Origin: the human T2T-CHM13v2.0 reference genome, Homo sapiens | DNA: 64,000 bases | Assembly (NCBI RefSeq): GCF_009914755.1 | Contig: NC_060933.1 | Strand: one strand, 5' to 3' | In this document: piece after piece, positions 1 to 12,400 of the stretch | Position numbering within the stretch: position 1 is the stretch's first letter | How the letters are laid out: each line of letters begins with the position of its first letter | The notes under the pieces: generated by a model | The model's input: only the letters and a program-made list of their open reading frames with translations | Databases searched by the model: none | Told to the model about the DNA's origin: nothing | Program-made: the position numbers and the translations under genes

Positions 1-182
1 ATTCCATTGCATTCCATTCCATTCCATTCCCCTTCACTCGCGTTGATTCCATTCCATTCCATTCTATTCCATTCCATTCCCTTCCTTTCCGTTCCATTCC
101 ATTCCATTCCATTCCATTCCATTCCGTTCCGTTCCATTCCATTCCATTCCATTCTATTCGGGTTAATTCCATTCCATTCCAT

Positions 183-196
183 TCGATTGCAATCGA
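183..196. other. Recurrent perfect 14-bp palindrome TCGATTGCAATCGA (representative copy)
   Basis: Self reverse-complementary. It recurs about once per unit (e.g. 1984, 3677, 4545) and extends to 16 bp (CTCGATTGCAATCGAG) at 21018-21033. Confidence 0.85.
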
Positions 197-295
197 GTTG
201 ATTCCATTCCATTCCATTCCATTCCATTCCATTCCTTTCCATTCCATTACGGATAATTCCATTCCATTGCATTCCATTCCATTCCATTCCCCTGT

Positions 296-305
296 ACTCG
301 GGTTG
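296..305 (+). repeat. Representative Sat III decamer 'terminator' ACTCGGGTTG (hundreds of copies and variants across the window)
   Basis: Family seen directly: ACTCGGGTTG, ACTCGCGTTG, ACTCGTGTTG, AATCGAGTTG, ATTCGGGTTA, ATTCGGATTG, ATTCAAGTTG, AGTCGGGTTG, ACTCTGGTTG. Each is two pentamers long, so the 5-bp phase is preserved. Confidence 0.92.
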
Positions 306-828
306 ATTCCATTCCATTCCATTCCAATCCATGCCATTCCACTTGTGTTGATTCCATTCTTTCCATTCCATTCAAGTTGAATCCATTCCATTACATTCCA
401 TTCCATTCGATTCCGTTCGATTGCACTCGGGTTGATTCCATTCCATTGCATTCCATTCCATTCCATTCCATTCCATTCCATTCCATTCCGTTCCATTCCA
501 TTCCATTACATTCGGATTGATTCTATTCAATTCCCTTACACTCCATTACATTCCATTCCATTCGGGTAGTTTCCATTCCATTCCATTCCATTCCTCTCCA
601 TTCCATTGAACTCGGGTTGATTCCATTCCATTGCATTCCATTCCATTCCATTCCATTCCATTCCGTTCCATTCCATTCCATTACATTCGGATTGATTCTA
701 TTCAACTCCCTTAGTCTCCTTTACATTCCATTCCATTCGGGTTGTTCCATTCCATTCCATTCCATTCCACTCCATTCCATTGCACTCGGGTTTCTTCCAT
801 TCCATTCCATTCCATTCCATTCCATTCC

Positions 829-843
829 ATTCCGGAAGATTCC
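829..843. promoter_or_regulatory. Representative perfect 3-unit heat-shock element motif aTTCc-gGAAg-aTTCc (about 40 copies in the window)
   Basis: Exact match to the canonical HSE nTTCnnGAAnnTTCn. The motif match is direct. HSF1 occupancy at these copies is inferred from the known HSF1-Sat III association and is not shown here. Confidence 0.5.
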
Positions 844-3800
844 ATTCCATTGCATTCCATTCCATTCCATTCCATTCCATTCCATTCCATTCCGGAAGAT
901 TCCATTCCATTGCATTCCATTCCATTCCATTCCCCTACACTCGCGTTGATTCCATTCCATTCCATTCCATTCCATTCCATTCCATTCCATTCCATTCCTT
1001 TCCGTTCCATTCCATTCCATTCCATTCCATTCCAATCCATTCCATTCCGTTCCGTCCCGTTCCATTCCATTCCATTCCATTCTATTCGGGTTAATTCCAT
1101 TCCATTCCATTCCATTGCAATCGAGTTGATGCCATTCCATTCCATTCCATTCCATTCCATTCCATTCCTTTCCTTTCCATTCCATTACGGATGATTCCAT
1201 TCCATTGCATTCCATTCCATTCCATTCCCCTGTACTCGGGTTGATTCCATTTCATTCCATTCCCATCCATGCCATTCCACTCGTGTTGATTCCATTCTTT
1301 CCATTCCATTCAAGTTGAATCCATTCCATTGCATGCCATTCCTTTCGATTCCATTCGATTGCACTCGGGTTGATTCCATTCCATTGCATTCCATTCCATT
1401 CCATTCCATTCCATTCCATTCCGTTCCATTCCATTCCATTGCATTCGGATTGATTCTATTCAATTCCCTTCCACTCCATTACATTCCATTCCATTCGGGT
1501 AGTTTCCATTCCATTCCATTCCATTCCTCTCCATTCCATTGCACTCGGATTGATTCCATTCCATTGCATTCCATTCCGTTGCATTCAATTCCATTCAGTT
1601 CCATTCCATTCCATTACATTCGGATTGATTCTATTCAACTCCCTTACTCTCCATTACATTCCATTCCATTCGGGTTGTTCCATTCCATTCCATTCCATTC
1701 CACTCCATTCCATTGCACTCGGGTTGATTCCATTCCATTCCATTCCATTCCATTCCATTCCATTCCATTCCATTCCGGAAGATTTCATTCAATTGCATTC
1801 CATTCCATTCCATTCCCCTGCACTCGCGTTTATTCCATTCCATTCCATTCCGTTCCATTCCATTCCATTCCATTCCGTTCCATTCCATTCCATTCCATTC
1901 CATACCAATCCATTCCATTCCGTTCCGTTCCGTTCCATTCCATTCCATTCCATTCTATTCGGGTTAATTCCATTCCATTCCATTCGATTGCAATCGAGTT
2001 GATTCCATTCCATTCTATTCCATTCCATTCCATTCCTTTCCATTCCATTACGGATGATTCCATTCCATTGCATTCCATTCCATTCCATTCCCCTGTACTC
2101 GGGTTGATTCCATTCCATTCCATTCCAATCCATGCCATTCCACTCGTTTTGATTCCATTCTTTCCATTCCATTCAAGTTGAATCCATTCCATTGCATTCC
2201 ATTCCATTCCATTACCCTGCAGTCGGGTTGATTCCATTCCATTCCATTCCATTCCATTCCATTCCATTCCATTCCATTCCATTCCGTTCCGTTCCATTCC
2301 ATTACATTCCATTCTATTCGGGTTAATTCCATTCCATTCCATTCCATTCCATTCCAATCGAGTTGATTCCATTCCATTCCATTCCATTCCATTCCACTCC
2401 ATTCCAGTCCTTTCCATTCCATTCCACTCGGGTTGATTCCAATGTATTCCTTTCCATTCCATTCCATTCCATTGCAATCGAGTTGATTCCATTGGTTTGC
2501 ATTCCATTCCATACCATTCCATTCCGGATGATTCCATTCCATTGCATTCCATTCCATTCCATTCCCCTACACTCGGGTTGATTCCATTCCATTCCACTCC
2601 ATTCCGTTGCATTCCATTCCATTCCATTGTATTCAGGTTAATTCCATTCCATTCCATTCCATTCCATTCCATTCCATTACAATCGAGTTGATTCCATCCC
2701 ATTCCATTCCATTCCAGTCCTTTCCATTCCATTCCACTCGGGTTGATTCCATTCTATTAGTTTCCATTCCATTCCATTCCCTTCCATTCCACTCTGGTTG
2801 ATACCATTCCTTTCCATTCCACTCGAATACATTCCCTCCTATTCCACTCGGAACGATTCCATTCCATTCCATTCCATTCCATTCCATTCCATTCCATTCC
2901 ATTCCATTCCATTTCGTTCCATTCCATTCTATTCCGTATCATTCCATTCCATTCCATTCCATTGTACTCGGGTTGATTCCATTCCATTGCATTCCATTCC
3001 ATTCCATTCCGTTGCATTCCATTCCATTACATTCGGATTGATTCTATTCAACTCCCTTACTTTCCATTACATTCCACTCCATTCGGGTTGTTCCATTCCA
3101 TTCCATTCCATTCCACTCCATTCCATTGCACTGGGGGTGACTCCATTCCATTCCATTCCATTCCATTCCGGATGATTCCATTCCATTGCATTCCATTCCA
3201 TTACATTCCCCTGCACTCGCGTTGATTCCATTCCATTCCATTCCATTCCATTCAATTCGATTCCATTACAATTCGTTCCATTCCATTCTATTCCGTACCA
3301 TTCCATTCCATTCCATACCATTCCATTCCATTCCATTCCATTCCATTCCGTTCCATTCCGTTCCATTCCATTCCATTCCATTCTATTCGGATTAATTCCA
3401 TTCCATTCCATTCCGTTCTATTCCATTCCATTGCAATCGAGTTGAATACATTGCATTTCATTCCATTCCATTCCATTCCATTCCATTCCGTAAGATTCCA
3501 TTCCATTGCATTCCATTCCATTCCATTCCCCTGCACTCGCGTTGATTCCGTTCCATTCCATTCCATTCCATTCCATTCCATTCCGTTCCATTCCATTCCA
3601 TTCCATTCCATTCCATTCCGTTCCTTTCCATTCCATTCCATTCCATTCTATTCGGGTTAATTCCATTCCATTCCATTCGATTGCAATCGAGTTGATTCCA
3701 TTCCATTCCATTCCATTCCATTCCATTCCATTCCATTCCATTCCTTTCCATTCCATTACGGATGATTCCATTCCATTGCATTCCATTCCATTCCATTCCC

Positions 3801-4362
3801 CTGTACTCGGGTTGATTCCATTCCATTCCATTCCAATCCATGCCATTCCACTCGTGTTGATTCCATTCTTTCCATTCCATTCAAGTTGAATCCATTCCAT
3901 TGCATTCCATTCCATTCGATTCCATTCGATTGCACTCGGGTTGATTCCATTCCATTGCATTCCATTCCATTCCATTCCATTCCATTCCATTCCATTCCAT
4001 TCCATTCCATTCCGTTCCATTCCATTCCATTACATTCGGATTGATTCTATTCAATTCCCTTACACTCCATTACATTCCATTCCATTCGGGTAGTTTCCAT
4101 TCCATTCCATTCCATTCCTCTCCATTCCATTGCACTCGGGTTGATTCCATTCCATTGCATTCCATTCCATTCCATTAAATTCCGTTCCGTTCCATTCCAT
4201 TCCATTACATTCGGATTGATTCTATTCAACTCCCTTACTCTCCATTACATTCCATTCCATTCGGGTTGTTCCATTCCATTCCATTCCATTCCACTCCATT
4301 CCATTGCACTCGGGTTGATTCCATTCCATTCCATTCCATTCCATTCCATTCCGGAAGATTCC

Positions 4363-5696
4363 ATTCCATTGCATTCCATTCCATTCCATTCCCCTTCACT
4401 CGCGTTGATTCCATTCCATTCCATTCTATTCCATTCCATTCCCTTCCTTTCCGTTCCATTCCATTCCATTCCATTCCATTCCATTCCGTTCCGTTCCATT
4501 CCATTCCATTCCATTCTATTCGGGTTAATTCCATTCCATTCCATTCGATTGCAATCGAGTTGATTCCATTCCATTCCATTCCATTCCATTCCATTCCTTT
4601 CCATTCCATTACGGATAATTCCATTCCATTGCATTCCATTCCATTCCATTCCCCTGTACTCGGGTTGATTCCATTCCATTCCATTCCAATCCATGCCATT
4701 CCACTTGTGTTGATTCCATTCTTTCCATTCCATTCAAGTTGAATCCATTCCATTACATTCCATTCCATTCGATTCCGTTCGATTGCACTCGGGTTGATTC
4801 CATTCCATTGCATTCCATTCCATTCCATTCCATTCCATTCCATTCCATTCCGTTCCATTCCATTCCATTACATTCGGATTGATTCTATTCAATTCCCTTA
4901 CACTCCATTACATTCCATTCCATTCGGGTAGTTTCCATTCCATTCCATTCCATTCCTCTCCATTCCATTGAACTCGGGTTGATTCCATTCCATTGCATTC
5001 CATTCCATTCCATTCCATTCCATTCCGTTCCATTCCATTCCATTACATTCGGATTGATTCTATTCAACTCCCTTAGTCTCCTTTACATTCCATTCCATTC
5101 GGGTTGTTCCATTCCATTCCATTCCATTCCACTCCATTCCATTGCACTCGGGTTTCTTCCATTCCATTCCATTCCATTCCATTCCATTCCATTCCGGAAG
5201 ATTCCATTCCATTGCATTCCATTCCATTCCATTCCATTCCATTCCATTCCATTCCGGAAGATTCCATTCCATTGCATTCCATTCCATTCCATTCCCCTAC
5301 ACTCGCGTTGATTCCATTCCATTCCATTCCATTCCATTCCATTCCATTCCATTCCATTCCTTTCCGTTCCATTCCATTCCATTCCATTCCATTCCAATCC
5401 ATTCCATTCCGTTCCGTCCCGTTCCATTCCATTCCATTCCATTCTATTCGGGTTAATTCCATTCCATTCCATTCCATTGCAATCGAGTTGATGCCATTCC
5501 ATTCCATTCCATTCCATTCCATTCCATTCCATTCCTTTCCATTCCATTACGGATGATTCCATTCCATTGCATTCCATTCCATTCCATTCCTCTGTACTCG
5601 GGTTGATTCCATTCCATTCCATTCCAATCCATGCCATTCCACTCGTGTTGATTCCATTCTTTCCATTCCATTCAAGTTGAATCCATTCCATTGCAT
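4363..5696 (+). repeat. Recent duplication, copy 2 of 1-1334
   Basis: Same private variants as copy 1. The copies diverge just after the caagttgaatcc module (1311/5673). Confidence 0.9.
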
Positions 5697-7033
5697 TCAA
5701 TTCCATTCCATTCCCCTGCAGTCGGGTTGTTTCCATTCCATTCCATTCCATTCCATTCCATTCCATTCCATTCCATTCCGTTCCGTTCCGTTCCATTCCA
5801 TTCCATTCCATTCTATTCCGGTTAATTCCATTCCATTCCATTCCATTCCATTCCATTCCATTCCAGTCGAGTTGATTCCATTCCATTCCATTCCATTCCA
5901 TTCCACTCCATTCCAGTCCTTTCCATTGCATTCCACTCGGGTTAATTCCAATGTATTCCTTTGCATTCCATTCCATTCCATTGCAATCGAGTTGATTCCA
6001 TTGCGTTGCATTCCATTCCATTCCATTCCATTCCGGATTATTCCATTCCATTGCATTCCATTCCATTCCATTCCCCTGCACTCGGGTTGATTCCATTCCA
6101 TTCCACTCCATTCCGTTCCATTCCATTCCATTGCAATGTATTCGGGTTAATTCCATTCCATTCCATTCCATTCCATTCCATTCCATTAAAATCGAGTTGA
6201 TTCCATTCCATTCCATTCCATTCCAGTCCTTTCCATTGCATTCCTCTCGGGTTGATTCCATTCTATTAGTTTCCATTCCATTCCATTCCCTTCCATTCCA
6301 CTCTGGTTGATTCCATTCCTTTCCATTCCACTCGAATATTTTCCCTCCTTTTCCACTCGGAACGATTCCATTCCATTCCATTCCATTCCATTCCATTCCA
6401 TTCCATTCCATTCCATTCCATTCCGTTCCATTCCATTCTATTCCGTATCATTCCATTCCATTCCATTCCATTCCATTCCATTCCATTGTACTCGGGTTGA
6501 TTCAATTCCATTGCATTCCATTCCATTCCATTCCATTCCATTCCGTTGCATTCCATTCCATTACAATCGGATTGATTCTATTCAACTCCCTTACTCTCCA
6601 TTACATTCCATTCCATTCGGTATGTTCCATTCCATTCCATTCCATTCCACTCCATTCCATTGCACTCGGGTTGATTCCATTCCATTCCATTCCATTCCAT
6701 TCCATTCCATTCCGAATGATTCCATTCCATTGCATTCCGTTCCATTACATTCCCCTGCACTTGCGTTGATTCCATTCCATTCCATCCCATTCCATTCCAT
6801 TACAATTCGTTCCATTCCATTCTATTCCGTACCATTCCATTCAATTCCATACCATTCCATTCCATTCCATTGCATTCCATTCCGTTCCATTCCGTTCCAT
6901 TCCATTCAATTCCATTCTATTCGAATTAATTCCATTCCATTCCATTCCATTCCATTCTATTCCATTCCATTGCAATCGAGTTGAATCCATTGCATTTCAT
7001 TCCATTCCATTCCATTCCATTCCATTCCGGAAG

Positions 7034-9440
7034 ATTCCATTCCATTGCATTCCATTCCATTCCATTCCCCTGCACTCGCGTTGATTCCATTCCATTCCAT
7101 TCCATTCCGTTCCGTTCCATTCCATTCCATTCCATTCCATTCCATTCCTTTCCGTTCCGTTCCATTCCATTCCATTCCATTCTATTCGGGTTAATTCCAT
7201 TCCATTCCATTCGATTTCAATCGAGTTGATTCCATTCCATTCCATTCCATTCCATTCCATTCCATTCCATTCCTTTCCATTCCATTACGGATGATTCCAT
7301 TCCATTGCATTCCATTCCATTCCATTCCCCTGTACTCGGGTTGATTCCATTCCATTCCATTCCAAGCCATGCCATTCCACTCGTGTTGATTCCATTCTTT
7401 CCATTCCATTCAAGTTGAATCCATTCCATTGCATTCCATTCCATTCGATTCCATTCGATTGCACTCGGGTTGATTCCATTCCATTGCATTCCATTCCATT
7501 CCATTCCATTCCATTCCATTCCGTTCCGTTCCATTCCATTCCATTTCATTCCATTCCATTCCCCTGCACTCGCGTTGATTCCATTCCATTCCATTCCATT
7601 CTATTCCATTCCATTCCATTCCTTTCCATTCCAGTCTTTTCCATTCCATTCCACTCGGGTTGATTCCATTCTATTAGTTTCCATTCCATTCCATTCCCTT
7701 CCATTCCACTCTGGTTGATTCCATTCCTTTCCATTCCACTCGAATACATTCCCTCCTATTCCACTCGGAACGATTCCATTCCATTCCATTCCATTCCATT
7801 CCATTCCATTCCATTCCATTCCATTCCATTCCATTCCATTCCATTTCATTCCATTCCATTCTATTCCGTATCATTCCATTCCATTCCATTCCATTCCATT
7901 CCATTCCATTCCATTCCACTCGTGTTGATTCCATTCCTTTCCATTCCATTCGGTTTGAAGGCATTGCATTCCATTCCATTCCATTCCATTCCATTCCATT
8001 CCATTCCATTCCATTCCATTGTACTCGTGTTGATTCCATTCCATTGCATTGCATTCCATTCCATTCCATTCCATTCCGTTGCTTTCCATTCCATTACATT
8101 CGGATTGATTCTATTCAACTCCCTTACTCTCCATTACATTCCATTCCATTCGGGTTGTTCCATTCCATTGCATTCCATTCCACTCCATTCCATTGCACTC
8201 GGATTGATTCCATTCCATTCCATTCCATTCCATTCCGGATGATTCCATTCCATTGCATTCCATTCCATTCCATTCCCCTGCACTCGCGTTGATTCCATTC
8301 CTTTCCATTCCATTCCGTTCCGTTCCATTCCATTCCATTCCATTCCATTCCATTCCATTCCATTCCTTTCCGTTCCGTTCCATTCCATTCCATTCCATTC
8401 TATTCGGGTTAATTCCATTCCATTCCATTCGATTTCAATCGAGTTGATTCCATTCCATTCCATTCCATTCCATTCCATTCCATTCCATTCCTTTCCATTC
8501 CATTACGGATGATTCCATTCCATTGCATTCCATTCCATTCCATTCCCCTGTACTCGGGTTGATTCCATTCCATTCCATTCCAAGCCATGCCATTCCACTC
8601 GTGTTGATTCCATTCTTTCCATTCCATTCAAGTTGAATCCATTCCATTGCATTCCATTCCATTCGATTCCATTCGATTGCACTCGGGTTGATTCCATTCC
8701 ATTGCATTCCATTCCATTCCATTCCATTCCGTTCCATTCCATTCCATTTCATTCCATTCCATTCCCCTGCACTCGCGTTGATTCCATTCCATTCCATTCC
8801 ATTCTATTCCATTCCATTCCATTCCTTTCCATTCCAGTCTTTTCCATTCCATTCCACTCGGGTTGATTCCATTCTATTAGTTTCCATTCCATTCCATTCC
8901 CTTCCATTCCACTCTGGTTGATTCCATTCCTTTCCATTCCACTCGAATACATTCCCTCCTATTCCACTCGGAACGATTCCATTCCATTCCATTCCATTCC
9001 ATTCCATTCCATTCCATTCCATTCCATTCCATTCTATTCCGTATCATTCCATTCCATTCCATTCCATTCCATTCCATTCCATTCCATTCCATTCCACTCG
9101 TGTTGATTCCATTCCTTTCCATTCCATTCGGTTTGAAGGCATTGCATTCCATTCCATTCCATTCCATTCCATTCCATTCCATTCCATTCCATTGTACTCG
9201 GGTTGATTCCATTCCATTGCATTGCATTCCATTCCATTCCATTCCATTCCGTTGCTTTCCATTCCATTACATTCGGATTGATTCTATTCAACTCCCTTAC
9301 TCTCCATTACATTCCATTCCATTCGGGTTGTTCCATTCCATTGCATTCCATTCCACTCCATTCCATTGCACTCGGATTGATTCCATTCCATTCCATTCCA
9401 TTCCATTCCATTCCGGATGATTCCATTCCATTGCATTCCG
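7034..9440 (+). repeat. Tandem duplication of a ~1.2 kb unit (about 7034-8260 and 8242-9440)
   Basis: Private variants: cgatttcaatcg 7212/8430, caagccatg 7363/8581, ccagtcttttcc 7631/8834, gctttcc 8081/9254. Offsets of 1218, 1203 and 1173 differ by multiples of 5. Confidence 0.88.
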
Positions 9441-12400
9441 TTCCATTACATTCCTCTGCACTCGCGTTGATTCCATTCCATTCCATTCCATTACAATTCG
9501 TTCCATTCCATTCTATTCCGTACCATTCCATTCCATTCCATACAATTCCATTCCATTCCATTCCATTCCATTCCATTCTATTCCATTCCATTGCAATCGA
9601 GGTAAATCCATTGCATTTCATTCCATTCCATTCCATTCCATTCCGGAAGATTCCATTCCATTGCATTCCATTTCATTCCATTCCCCTGCAGTCGCGTTGA
9701 TTCCATTCCATTCCATTCCATTCCATTCCATTCCATTCCGTTCCGTTCCATTCTATTCCATTCCATTCCATTCCTTCCGTTCCGTTCCATTCCATTCCAT
9801 TCCATTCTATTCGGGTTAATTCCATTCCATTCCATTCGATTGCAATCAAGTTGATTCCATTCCATTCCATTCCATTCCATTCCATTCCGTTCCATTCCAT
9901 TCCTTTCCATTCCATTACGGATGATTCCATTCCATTGCATTCCATTCCATTCCATTCCCTTGTACTCGGGTTGATTCCATTCCATTCCATTCCATTCCAT
10001 TCCATTCCATTCCATTCCATTCCTTTCCGTTCCATTCCATTCCATTCCATTCCATTCCATTCCATTCCGTTCCGTTCCGTTTCATTCCACTCTATTCCAT
10101 TCTATTCCGGTTAATTCCATTCCATTCAATTCGATTGCAATCGAGTTGATTCCATTCCATTCCATTCCATTCCATTCCATTCCATTCCATTCCTTTCCAT
10201 TCCATTACGGATGATTCCATTCCATTGCATTCCATTCCATTCCATTCCCCTGTACTCGGGTTGATTCCATTCCATTCCATTCCAATCCATGCCATTCCAC
10301 TCGTGTTGATTCCATTCTTTCCATTCCATTCAAGTTGAATCCATTCCATTGCATTCCATTCCATTCGATTCCATTCGATTGCACTCGGTTTGATTCCATT
10401 CCATTGCATTCCATTCCATTCCATTCCATTCCATTCCATTCCCTTCCATTCCACTCTGGTTGATTCCATTCCTTTCCATTCCACTCGAATACATTCCCTC
10501 CTGTTCCACTCGGAAAGATTCCATTCCATTCCATTCCATTCCATTCCATTCCATTCCATTCCATTCCATTCCATTCCATTCCATTTCGTTCCATTCAATT
10601 CTATTCCGTATCATTCCATTCCATTCCATTCCATTCCATTCCATTCCATTCCATTGTACTCGGGTTGATTCCATTCCATTGCATTCCATTCCATTCCATT
10701 CTATTCCATTCCGTTGCATTCCATTCCATTACATTCGGATTGATTCTATTCAACTCCCTTACTCTCCATTACATTCCATTCCATTCGGGTTGTTCCATTC
10801 CATTCCATTCCATTCCACTCCATTCCATTGCACTCGAGTTGATTCCATTCCATTCCATTCCATTCCATTCCATTCCATTCCGGATGATTCCATTCCATTG
10901 CATTCCGTTCCATTACATTCCCCTGCACTCGTGTTGATTCCATTCCATTCCATTCCATTCCATTCAATTCCATTCCATTACAATTCATTCCATTCCATTC
11001 TATTCCGTACCATTCCATTCCATTCCATTCCATTCCATTCCGTTCCATTCCGTTCCATACCATTCCATTCCATTCTATTCGGATTAATTCCATTCCATTC
11101 CATTCCATTCCATTCCATTCCATTCTATTCCATTCCATTGCAATCGAGTTGAATCCATTGCATTTCATTCCATTCCATTCCATTTCATTCCATTCCGGAA
11201 GATTCCATCCCATTGCATTCCATTCCATTCCATTCCCTTGCACTCGCGTTGATTCCATTCCATTCCATTCCATTCCATTCCGTTCCGTTCCATTCCATTC
11301 CATTCCTTTCCATTCCATTCCGTTCCGTTCCATTCCATTCCATTCCATTCTATTCGGCTTAATTCCATTCCATTCCATTCGATTGCAATCGAGTTGATTC
11401 CATTCCATTCCATTGCATTCCATTCCATTCCATTCCATTCCATTCCTTTCCATTCCATTACGGATGATTCCATTCCATTGCATTCCATTCCATTCCATTC
11501 CCCTGTACTCGGGTTGATTCCATTCCATTCCATTCCAATCCATGCCATTCCACTCGTGTTGATTCCATTCTTTCCATTCCATTCAAGTTGAATCCATTCC
11601 ATTGCATTCCATTCCATTCGATTCCATTCGATTGCACTCGGGTTGATTCCATTCCATTGCATTCCATTCCATTCCATTCCATTCCATTCCATTCCTTTCC
11701 ATTCCGTTCCATTCCATTCCATTACATTCGGATTGATTCTATTCAATTCCCTTACACTCCATTACATTCCATTCCATTCGGGTAGTTTCCATTCCATTCC
11801 ATTCCATTCCTCTCCATTCCATTGCACTCGGGTTGATTCCATTCCATTGCATTCCATTCCATTCCATTCAATTCCATTCCGTTCCATTCCATTCCATTAC
11901 ATTCGGATTGATTCTATTCAACTCCCTTACTCTCCATTACATTCCATTCCATTCGGGTTGTTCCATTCCATTACATTCCATTCCACTCCATTCCATTGCA
12001 CTCGGGTTTATTCCATTCCATTCCATTCCATTCCATTCCATTCCATTCCGGAAGATTCCATTCCATTGCATTCCATTCCATTCCATTCCACTGCACTCGC
12101 GTTGATTCCATTCCATTCCATTCCATTCCATTCCATTCCATTCCATTCCATTCCTTTCCGTTCCGTTCCATTCCATTCCATTCCATTCCAATCCATTCCA
12201 TTCCGTTCCGTTCCATTCCATTCCATTCCATTCCATTCTATTCGGGTTAATTCCATTCCATTCCATTTGATTGCAATCGAGTTGATTCCATTCCATTCTA
12301 TTCCATTCCATTCCATTCCATTCCATTCCTTTCCATTCCATTACGGATGATTCCATTCCATTGCATTCCATTCCATTCCATTCCCCTGTACTCGGGTTGA

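Larger units (their letters stand above)
1..1334 (+). repeat. Recent duplication, copy 1 (partner 4363-5696, offset 4362 bp); may extend left of the window
   Basis: Private variants shared at an exact offset of 4362: ggataattcc 251/4613, acttgtgttg 341/4703, ttagtctcctttaca 711/5073, double GGAAG 834+894/5196+5256, gatgcc 1128/5490. The ORF-track translations 617..949 and 4979..5311 are identical. Confidence 0.9.

Noticed and set aside
416-431. CENP-B box look-alike TTCGattgcActCGGG (recurrent at the start of A units)
   Set aside because: The core requires TTCG-N4-A-N2-CGGG (7 nt between the blocks). Here the gap is 8 nt.
2751-2860. More complex-looking stretch (ctattagttt...cgaatacattccctcctattccactcggaacg) as a possible insertion or mobile element
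   Set aside because: It stays in 5-bp phase, parses as degenerate pentamers and recurs in every B unit. There is no target-site duplication, poly(A) or Alu/L1 similarity.
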